Shown here: piece after piece, positions 10,256 to 19,598 of the stretch
How the letters are laid out: the number at the start of each line of letters is the position of its first letter
How positions within the stretch are numbered: position 1 is the first letter of the stretch
NCBI GenBank assembly: GCA_003222245.1
Contig: QHVH01000031.1
Coordinates: 24,650 to 88,649, forward strand
Length of the DNA stretch: 64,000 nt
Direction: 5' to 3'
Source of the DNA: Blastocatellia bacterium AA13
GTDB taxonomy: Bacteria > Acidobacteriota > Blastocatellia > UBA7656
Translations under genes and position numbers: made by a program
Notes under the pieces: generated by a model
What the model saw: only the letters and a program-made list of their open reading frames with translations
What the model was told of the DNA's origin: nothing
The model's database searches: none

Positions 10256-11305
10256 ATGAAACGGGTAGTATTTCTCATCGCGCTTCTCGCGATCGCTCCG
10301 TCCTTTATCGCACATTCGGCGACTCGCACTCAGGAATCGACGGTCTATGTATGTTCGATGCATCCGGAGGTTCAATCATCCTCGCCGGGAAGTTGTCCCA
10401 AATGCAAGATGAAGCTTATCGTTCAGGCGCCGCCGAAAAAAGAGCCGCAGTCAGCGGAAGCGTACACCTGCGCTATGCATCCCGAAATCAGAAACCCCGC
10501 TCCTGGGAAATGTTCCAAGTGCGGCATGACTCTCGTCGCCGCGAATCCGGGAGTGCCGGGCGAATTCGACTTGCAGATGCAAGCCACGCCGGCGGCCGTC
10601 AAACCGGATGAGAAGGTGAAGCTCAGATTCGTCATATCGGATCCAAACACCGGCAAACAGGTAAAGCAATTCGCGATCATGCACGACAAGCTCTTTCACC
10701 TGTTCATCGTCAGTCAGGATCTTTCGCAGTTTCAGCATATTCATCCGATGCTCGAATCCGACGGGAGTTTCACCATCGAAACCGTTCTGCCCAAGCCCGG
10801 CCACTACAAGGTGTACTCGGACATTTATCCAATCGAAGGAACGCCTCAGGTCCTTCAGCGAGACATTTCGACTGTAGGCTATAAGAGCGACCTCCACGCC
10901 AGTGTTCCTCACCTTAGCGCTGACACTGTGCTTACAAAGACACTCGATGGGATAAAGATCGAGCTCAAGCTTGATCCCGCCGAGCCCATCGCCGGCAAGC
11001 CGATGACGCTCAAATATCACCTCACGGATGAGAAAACCGGCGCGCCGCTGCGTATGCTTAAACCGTACCTGGGCGCGTGGGGCCACACGCTGGTCCTCAG
11101 CGAAGATCAGACCGAGTACGTCCATTCGCACCCGGCGGAAGCGATTCCGGAGGATGTCGACCGCACAAAGCTCAGGGGAGGACCGGATGTGACGTTCGAA
11201 GGGCTATTACCCCGCCCCGATGTATACAAGATATGGACTCAGTTTCTGCACGGCGACACGCTGACTACCGTTTCCTTCACAATAAAAGCGGTGCAGTTAC
11301 ATTGA
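10256..11305 (+). CDS. secreted heavy-metal-binding protein: two CusB-N-like HMBD motifs plus tandem beta-sandwich (FixH/YtkA-like) domains with His motifs
   Basis: ATG at 10256 is preceded by GGAGGG, and the protein opens with a signal peptide (MKRVVFLIALLAIAPSFIAHS). There are two copies of the Y-x-C-x-MHPE...PG-x-C-x-K-C-x-M motif (YVCSMHPEV...CPKCKM and YTCAMHPEI...CSKCGM). Two repeated domains follow, carrying HIHP and HSHP motifs. Confidence 0.7.
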   Translation: MKRVVFLIALLAIAPSFIAHSATRTQESTVYVCSMHPEVQSSSPGSCPKCKMKLIVQAPPKKEPQSAEAYTCAMHPEIRNPAPGKCSKCGMTLVAANPGVPGEFDLQMQATPAAVKPDEKVKLRFVISDPNTGKQVKQFAIMHDKLFHLFIVSQDLSQFQHIHPMLESDGSFTIETVLPKPGHYKVYSDIYPIEGTPQVLQRDISTVGYKSDLHASVPHLSADTVLTKTLDGIKIELKLDPAEPIAGKPMTLKYHLTDEKTGAPLRMLKPYLGAWGHTLVLSEDQTEYVHSHPAEAIPEDVDRTKLRGGPDVTFEGLLPRPDVYKIWTQFLHGDTLTTVSFTIKAVQLH

Positions 11306-11638
11306 GATGAGCGTCAGCAATCGGCCTTGAGTTGTCGCGCTCATTTCACGCGTCGATCAAGGCTTCACTCCTCGATTGCACGCGATCACAGAAAGAGAAA
11401 AAGAAACCTAACGGTGTATCTACGGCTCGAATAATGGAGGACCCTTCCTGTTACCGCGCATCACGGCGCAGGTCCGACCTCTGATCTCTCTTCATTCAAT
11501 CTCCCTTTAACCGCGGTTACTTTCTCTCTGAACTCACCGCCATAAGCGGAAGCAAAGGCGAGTCTTTGCAGCAGACATCAAACTCTTGCCTTCAATAAGG
11601 GCTCCGGGCCAGCCTCAACATTCACGGGAAGAGCCCAT

Positions 11639-12373
11639 CTATTTTATGGCGATTGCCAGCGTGTCGTGATGCGCGCTGATTAGAGTCCGTAGGTAAGGGC
11701 CGATCTTATTCGCGGCTCCAAAGCCCGATGCTTTGGCGGCGGCCTCCTGATCCTTCTCAGTAAAGTCGGCGCTCTCCGCGTAGTGCTTGATGTCCCGATA
11801 CATTCCGATAGTGAATATGTCCCACCCAGCGCCCTGATCGCGAACAAAGATGAGGTTTTCGGGCCGCTTGAGCAGTTTCTGATAGGCGTTCTCCATCTCG
11901 CGTTCCTTCAGCAACTCGGAATGTTTGCCAGGCAATGCCTGAAATATTTCGAGGTGAAAAAAGCCCGCCCGTCCAAACGCCCGTCTCGTTTCATCCAGAG
12001 GCGGCCCGTGCACAAATATGTCTTCCTGCCACGCGATGTATTCCTTGAGCTTCTCAAGAAACTGAGCGCTTTCGGCGGCGCGTCTGCGAGAGATCCTGGC
12101 CGATTGATAATAGTCGACGTAATCGCCCATCGGGAAAAGCATCAATAGATCCCACTTATCTCCCTGGCTGTGCCGGCACCACATCGGAGCTTCATCTCCG
12201 ATCGTTTTGTATGCAGCCTGCCTCGACTTGTACAGCTCAATCAGATCGAGAATCTTTCCTGGAGCGGCTTGAATAAAGCTCGCCTTGTAGAGATAGCTCG
12301 TATCCGCCGCTTCCGTACTGCCGGCGAAGCCCGCGAATGTAAGAACCAAAATCACTGGAATTAGAAGTCGCAT
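11639..12373 (-). CDS. secreted hypothetical protein
   Basis: 244 aa with an N-terminal signal peptide (MRLLIPVILVLTFAGFAGSTEA) and strong codon bias. No recognisable domain. Confidence 0.55.
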   Translation of the reverse strand: MRLLIPVILVLTFAGFAGSTEAADTSYLYKASFIQAAPGKILDLIELYKSRQAAYKTIGDEAPMWCRHSQGDKWDLLMLFPMGDYVDYYQSARISRRRAAESAQFLEKLKEYIAWQEDIFVHGPPLDETRRAFGRAGFFHLEIFQALPGKHSELLKEREMENAYQKLLKRPENLIFVRDQGAGWDIFTIGMYRDIKHYAESADFTEKDQEAAAKASGFGAANKIGPYLRTLISAHHDTLAIAIK

Positions 12374-12505
12374 TGTTTCCTCGAGTGTAAATTTGATTAA
12401 TTTATCCAGCTCCTGCGTAAGGGCGCCCGTCCGTTTCAGAAGGCCGGCGCTTTCAAGCTACGCAGCCGCTGGCCGACGCAGCGGCCAGGTGAATCGGCGA
12501 ATCCA

Positions 12506-14131
12506 TCATCCCAGGCTCCTAGCGACCGATGGCTTTGCTCCCGGAACTTCAGCCTCCCGCTCGCGTTCAAAGGTGACCTCGACTCGAAAGATTTCGCGAA
12601 ACCAGTCAGCCTTTCGGTCGCCCGACCAGAGCTCGACGTCGCATTCCGAGGTCGCCGCGACGATGAACCTTACCGACGAGCCTTCGACTTCGCAGCGAAC
12701 ATCGCTAATAGACTGGCGGTGCGTTCGATCGAGCCCGTCGGCTATTTGAAGAATCGCCGCCAGCCTCAGCACGGTCGAACGGTGGGCGCGATCCAGGGCT
12801 CGAAAGTCTTCGTGCTCGCGCCGACTTCGGTTATCGCGAGCCTTTCCCGGCATCGAGCCGCGATGATATCTCACTACCGCGGCCAGGACCGCAATCTCGT
12901 TTCCGGTAAAGCCAGGCATCTCCGAATTCTTGATCAAATAAACGGAGTGTCGATGATGGTTGTTAGGAGCGATGTGATAACCGATATCGTGAAGCAGCGC
13001 GGCATACTCGAGAAGCTTTCGATCCTGCGAAGTCATGCCGTGCAGATCGAGCGTATCGTCGAAGATTCTCTGCGCCAGGCGCGCAACCAGATGCGAATGC
13101 TTCTCGTCGTATTCATATCGACGCGCGACCGACAGCACCGACCGGGTGCGCACGTCGAGCAATTGCACAGGCGCGGCGTCCTCCCGTACCGGCGCGATCT
13201 GGCGAAGAAAATCCAGCACGACGCCCTCTCTCAGCGACCAGTCACAAGTCGTTATCGACTCCGCGCCCACTTCGGTCAGTATGGTTTCTAAAAGAACGCC
13301 TCCGGCCACGATGATGTCGGCCCGCTGTTTTTCGAGCCCCGGAACCTTCGCCCTTTCACGGAGGTTCATCTTTGCAAGCCGTCTGTTGAGGCGCTTCAAT
13401 TGGTCGAGCGTCACCGACTGATTGAATGACTCGAAGCCCGAAGTATCTTCTTCGCCGAATGAATGGGCTTGGATGGCTGCTCGAACGAGATTTAGGACCG
13501 TGCCCGAGGTTCCGATGGCGAAATCGAACCCGACCTGATGCACTTCTGAAACAACGCGGCTGAGATCCGCGCGTATGCTCGTGCTGAGACGTTGGAGCTC
13601 GTCCCTTGAAGCAGGATCCGTAGTGATGAATTTTTCGGTCAGCCGAACGGCGCCGAGTCGCATCGATTGGAGGAGTTCCGGTTCCGAGCCCCGTGTGATG
13701 ATAAATTCGGTCGAGCCGCCTCCGATGTCGATGATGAGCGCGCGCTTACCGTGAAAATCAGTAACCTCCGAAACCGCGAGCGCAATCAGTCGCGCTTCTT
13801 CGACGCCGGGAAGCACCTCGACTTCGAGGCCGACCTCTTTGCGAACGCGTTCTATGAATGTATCGGCATTGTAGGCTTCGCGGACGGCCGCGGTGGCGGT
13901 AGTAATGATTCGTTCGACGCCGTTGGCTTCCGCCATCTTACGGTAGCGAGAGAGCGCGACCATGGCGCGATCCATTGTTTCCTTCGGCAGGACGTGCAGC
14001 CGGAGCGTTCCGGCGCCCAGCCTCACCATCTCTTTCTCGCGGTCTATTATTTCGAGGTTCTGGCCTTCAGCGGCCCGAACGATGACAAGATGAATGGAAT
14101 TGGAGCCTATATCAATCGCTGCTAGTTTCAT
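12506..14131 (-). CDS. ppx: exopolyphosphatase / guanosine pentaphosphate phosphohydrolase (Ppx/GppA) with C-terminal HD domain
   Basis: N-terminus AAIDIGSNSIHLVIV and DIGGGSTEF belong to the Ppx/GppA actin-like ATPase fold. The C-terminal region has an HD motif (LLHDIGYHIA). Confidence 0.85.
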   Translation of the reverse strand: MKLAAIDIGSNSIHLVIVRAAEGQNLEIIDREKEMVRLGAGTLRLHVLPKETMDRAMVALSRYRKMAEANGVERIITTATAAVREAYNADTFIERVRKEVGLEVEVLPGVEEARLIALAVSEVTDFHGKRALIIDIGGGSTEFIITRGSEPELLQSMRLGAVRLTEKFITTDPASRDELQRLSTSIRADLSRVVSEVHQVGFDFAIGTSGTVLNLVRAAIQAHSFGEEDTSGFESFNQSVTLDQLKRLNRRLAKMNLRERAKVPGLEKQRADIIVAGGVLLETILTEVGAESITTCDWSLREGVVLDFLRQIAPVREDAAPVQLLDVRTRSVLSVARRYEYDEKHSHLVARLAQRIFDDTLDLHGMTSQDRKLLEYAALLHDIGYHIAPNNHHRHSVYLIKNSEMPGFTGNEIAVLAAVVRYHRGSMPGKARDNRSRREHEDFRALDRAHRSTVLRLAAILQIADGLDRTHRQSISDVRCEVEGSSVRFIVAATSECDVELWSGDRKADWFREIFRVEVTFEREREAEVPGAKPSVARSLG

Positions 14132-14254
14132 ACCCTGGGTTCAAAACCATAAGGCTAGAGTCGCTGGTCAAGGTCAAAGTATAACGAACCGTCACTCGCG
14201 GGCAAGAACAATAGGCGCGGGCCCTCATGCCGGATTAAGGAGCGCTCTCCATCA

Positions 14255-15462
14255 TCACTCGTCCAGATGAAACAGATCGTGGATGACTTTAACCGCTCGC
14301 TCCGCATCCTTCTCGCTCACGATGGCACTGATGCGAATCTCGGATGTAGAGATCATCTTGATGTTGATACCAGCCCTGCCGAGCGCGGTGAACATCTTCG
14401 ACGCTACGTCAGGCCGATCCATCAGCCCGGCGCCGACTATGCTGACTTTGGCGACATCTTCATCCACGCTGACGCCCTCCGCGCTCAGCTCCTTCGCGGC
14501 GGCCTCGAGCGCTTCAAAAGCGGATTGCGCATCATCACGTCGGACGGTAAACGTGATGTCGTTGACCGATCTATCTTCGTGGAAAGCCTGAATTATCATA
14601 TCGACGCCTATGCGCCGCTCCGCGAGCGCCCCAAAAATCAGGCCAGCCACTCCGGGCTGATCCGGTGCCTTGAAGATGGCAAGACGGGCCTGGTCGCGGT
14701 CTAAAACGACTCCGCTCACGGGTCGATAAATCTCCATTTCGCCGGCTCCTGTCAGAAGAGTTCCAGTGTTGTTGCGATCGAACGTATTCCTTACTCTAAC
14801 GCGCAGCCGATTCTTTCTTGCGAGCTCCACCGCGCGCGGATGAAGGACCTGGGCGCCTACACGCGCCATCTCGAGCATCTCTTCGTACGATATACGATCG
14901 AGCAAACGAGCGGTCGCGACCATATTAGGATCGGCCGAATAAACGCCGTTAACATCCGTATAGATGTCGCACGTCTCCGCTCCAAGCGCCGCCGCCAGAG
15001 CTACAGCGGTAGTGTCGGAGCCGCCGCGTCCAAGAGTCGTGACATGTCCTTCGGAGCTGACCCCCTGGAATCCCGCGGCCACGACGACAAGACCTTCGTC
15101 CAGATACCTGGTTATTCTATCGGTGTTGATATCGACTATTCGGGCCGCGGAGTGGACGCTCTCCGTCAATATGCCCAACTGAGATCCGGTGAGCGAGATG
15201 GCCCGGGCGCCCATCTGATTCAAGGCCATTGCGACCAGCGCTATGGAAATCTGTTCGCCGGTTGCGAGCAGCGCGTCGAGCTCGCGCGCGGGAGGTTTTG
15301 GACTGATCTGCTTCGAGAGCTTGAGCAGATAGTCGGTGGTATCGCCCATTGCGGAGACGACGGCGACTACGGGTCCGGCCCGCGCCGCGTCTGAGATTAT
15401 GCCGGCGACGTTGTTGATTCGAGCAGCCGACTTGACCGACGTGCCGCCGAATTTCTGAACTA

Positions 15463-15466
<4 letters not shown>
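14255..15466 (-). CDS. lysC: aspartate kinase
   Basis: MIVQKFGGTSV is the kinase N-terminus, and C-terminal ACT domains are present. The start overlaps the upstream hom gene's stop (ATGA). Confidence 0.9.
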
Positions 15467-16737
<1,271 letters not shown>

Positions 16738-16743
16738 AATCCG

Positions 16744-17541
16744 TTAACTCCCGTCGCCATACCGAGACTGCAAATTATGCTGACGATGGATCTCTTCCAG
16801 GAGAGTTTCAGGTTGGAGCTCGGGCCTGGTTATTCCGAGCTTTTCTGAGATCGAGGCCGCGATTCTGACGGCGAGTATGGAACGATTCGGTTCCTGCAGC
16901 TCGAAACGCCGCATCAGAAAAGTCTCCAGTGCACGCAGTTCTTTGACCGAGAGCCGTCTTATATCGGCTTTCAGTGTTACGGCGACGGCCTGTTCGTCCT
17001 TCAGCCTTTCTATTTCGGCTATTCGCACAATGTCGTCGAGCGAAGGGGCCTCGGTCGCTCGCTCTTTGACCACTACGGTTCCGGCCACGAAATCGCCGAT
17101 CCGTTTGGACCGGGCGCTGAAGATTATCGATGCGACGCCGATCGCATAAGACGGGAGCGGCATGAAATCAATCGCCAGGCGGAGGATGTTTCTTACAAAG
17201 ACTTCGAAGAAGCGGACAGGCCTTCCGTCCTCGCGCACGACTCTCAACTTCATTATTCGCTTTCCGGGTGTCTGTCCGCTCCAAAAGGTCTCGAACACGA
17301 CGAAATATCCCCAATATAAAGCAAATACTCCGAGTACCGACCCCGCTGCTATCCAGCTATTCATCCTGCTGAAGAACCCCCACCTCGTCAGCCAGGCCGC
17401 CCCAAGAAGCAGGGCGGTCAGTACGACGATCTGAATAATATGATCTATGGCGGCGGCCAGAAATCGATTGCCGACGTTAGCCAGAACGTAATGAAGCTCT
17501 ACTCGCTCGGGCGTCTCTATTATGAGCTCATCGTCCAACAT
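16744..17541 (-). CDS. RDD family membrane protein
   Basis: The N-terminal part is soluble. RDD-like helices follow (RFLAAAIDHIIQIVVL ... GKRIMKLRVVREDG). Confidence 0.65.
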   Translation of the reverse strand: MLDDELIIETPERVELHYVLANVGNRFLAAAIDHIIQIVVLTALLLGAAWLTRWGFFSRMNSWIAAGSVLGVFALYWGYFVVFETFWSGQTPGKRIMKLRVVREDGRPVRFFEVFVRNILRLAIDFMPLPSYAIGVASIIFSARSKRIGDFVAGTVVVKERATEAPSLDDIVRIAEIERLKDEQAVAVTLKADIRRLSVKELRALETFLMRRFELQEPNRSILAVRIAASISEKLGITRPELQPETLLEEIHRQHNLQSRYGDGS

Positions 17542-17566
17542 AGACCGTCTTCACGAGCTTCCAAAG

Positions 17567-18217
17567 TCATATTTCCAGAATTCTAGCGTCGAGTATGGGG
17601 TTCAGGATCGCAAGCAATTTCGATTGGGTCTCCTCGACTGAGCCCGAGGCGTCGATGACGCGGATGCGATCCGGATTCTCCTTTGCGATTCGAGAATATC
17701 CGTCGCAAACGCTCCGGTGGAATTCGCGCGCCTCATCTTCAAAGCGGGTCATTCGGTCCTTCTGCTCACCGGTCCGCGTTTGGAATCGGCTCTGTGCTAT
17801 TTCCGGAGTAATTTCGAAGAGTATTGTGAGCTCCGGTTGAATGCCGCCGGTTGCAAGGCCATTCAGCTCGTCGATGAGCCCGAGATCGAGTCCGCGGCCG
17901 TAGCCCTGAAATGCCCTGGTTGAATCCGTGTGGCGGTCTGAGATTACTATGCGTCCGGCATCCAGAGCCGGTTTGATCACTTCGATCACGTGTTGAGCGC
18001 GATCGGCCGCATATAGCATGAGTTCGGCGAGGGAGGACAGGCCGGCGCTCTTGTTTGAAAGCACCACTTCGCGGATTCGACCGCCGATGGCGGTGCCGCC
18101 CGGCTCGAGGGTGCATACGGGGTCGAGGCCTCGTTGCCTGAGACTCTCAGCCAACAATCGCAAGTGGGTGCTCTTGCCGCAGCCGTCGATACCCTCGAAT
18201 GTTATGAACAGTCCTCG
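17567..18217 (-). CDS. tmk: thymidylate kinase (dTMP kinase)
   Basis: The P-loop reads FITFEGIDGCGKSTH, with a DRH motif (SDRHTDSTRAFQG) and a lid region. The likely start is MRGLFITFEG at 18217. The ORF track extends to a TTG at 18232. Confidence 0.9.
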   Translation of the reverse strand, partial: RGLFITFEGIDGCGKSTHLRLLAESLRQRGLDPVCTLEPGGTAIGGRIREVVLSNKSAGLSSLAELMLYAADRAQHVIEVIKPALDAGRIVISDRHTDSTRAFQGYGRGLDLGLIDELNGLATGGIQPELTILFEITPEIAQSRFQTRTGEQKDRMTRFEDEAREFHRSVCDGYSRIAKENPDRIRVIDASGSVEETQSKLLAILNPILDARILEI

Positions 18218-18235
18218 CATTTGGTTCATCAAGCA

Positions 18236-18272
18236 ATCGGGCCGCCGATAAACGGCAGCCCGATTTTTTCTC
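18236..18272 (+). terminator. plus-strand rho-independent terminator-like hairpin (ATCGGGC..GCCCGAT + TTTTTT) with no plus-strand gene upstream
   Basis: A 7-bp perfect stem ATCGGGC/GCCCGAT encloses a GCCG/CGGC sub-stem and is followed by six T on the plus strand. It lies between the tmk start (minus) and the hfq stop (minus). Confidence 0.4.
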
Positions 18273-18304
18273 GATCGATTTGCGCGCAGGCGCTGATGGT
18301 TTTG

Positions 18305-18631
18305 CTATTGATTATCGGGCGCAGCGTGTGACACTGCATGCTCTGACGAATGATCCTGCTGCCGTTCGGAGTCTACCGATGTATTGCTCCGCGAGTAATG
18401 AAAGTCCCGTCCCCCGCCGCGGGGAAGAGAGACGGTCGAGATTGCGTGTTTGAAGATCAATTGTTCCTGCGAACCTGCTTCAAGAACGACCGAGAACTTG
18501 TCGAAGCTCTTAATCCTTCCGGTTAGTTTGACTCCGCTCATCAAGTAGATCGTGACGTTGCTGCGATCCCTGCGGGCACTATTTAGGAAACCGTCCTGAA
18601 TTGTGTTTTGTTGTTGTGCATTTTTGTCCAT
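18305..18631 (-). CDS. hfq: RNA chaperone Hfq
   Basis: Sm1/Sm2 motifs align along their length with E. coli Hfq: [56 protein letters not shown]. Confidence 0.85.
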   Translation of the reverse strand: MDKNAQQQNTIQDGFLNSARRDRSNVTIYLMSGVKLTGRIKSFDKFSVVLEAGSQEQLIFKHAISTVSLPRGGGRDFHYSRSNTSVDSERQQDHSSEHAVSHAAPDNQ

Positions 18632-19598
18632 GTTTATTCGTTCCCCATCGAAAGAGTTTCAAAGAGCACCTGAAAGCTAACACAGCGCAACAAATAACGG
18701 CAAGGCATCGCTCATGAACAGGCATCGCTCATGAATGAACGATGCGCGTCAAGCTTTCGCGGCACATAATAGTCTATCCATCGAGTTCCCAGTTCTCGAA
18801 GGTTGATGTCAAAGAGAAGTCGCATGCATTGAATGCTTAACTCGGGCTATAGATTGCCGCGCTACTGCGAAACTCGAAGTCACGTTACGCGAGGAGTATC
18901 GGTCTTCAAGCGACTAGCTCGGTCGAACATCTTGTCTCTCGAGCCAGGTCTGCAGGTTCAAACGTCCCAAGCCAAACAGACTGTCTCCTCCACCAATCCT
19001 TCTGCACTACGGTATCAGCCTGCTCCCTCGGGAACCCAGTCCACCCGCTGTATTTATTTTCGTCAGTAAGCCGAACTTAACTAAGGCCACTTCCCAGATA
19101 CATCACCGCGAGCAAGAGCAGCACTCTATTCAGTCCTCAACAGGCCAGCGGTACTGGGAGCAAACGAGGGCTACATTTTTCGTATCCAGAGGGTACATTT
19201 TTCGACCCGGGGGTCTATTTCTGTTACCCCGGCTCCATGTTCTCCGTCCAAAGACCGAGAGAGTTCGCCGCCAGCACCGCACCTCGCGCTCGTCAAAATG
19301 CCATCGTCGCGAACGCGCTCGGCTGGACTCGCATCTCGCTTACTCACGTCGTTCCGCATCGCTGACGAACTCTTCTTCGTAGTCTCGCGCAATAGCTCTT
19401 CGGACTTCGTGCTGGTATCTCGTCGAGCAGCTCGACTAACTGATGGACTGGGTAGTCTGGGCCACTTTGTCACCTTGATTAGGTGTACTAACAGCGGTAC
19501 GATTCTCCGCCGCTTTTATTGCGATCATTTGAAATTAAGCGCCCGCCCGCAACGATATGGAGTCGGAAACGAAGATAGGCATCGGCTAAGGAGGAGAC

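Noticed and set aside
18632-19598. tRNA, tmRNA or RNase P RNA in the large gap upstream of hfq
   Set aside because: I scanned for T-loop (GGTTCGANTCC-like), tmRNA 5'/3' ends and RNase P conserved boxes and found no convincing cloverleaf or match. GGTTCAAAC at about 18950 lacks a complementary T-stem.
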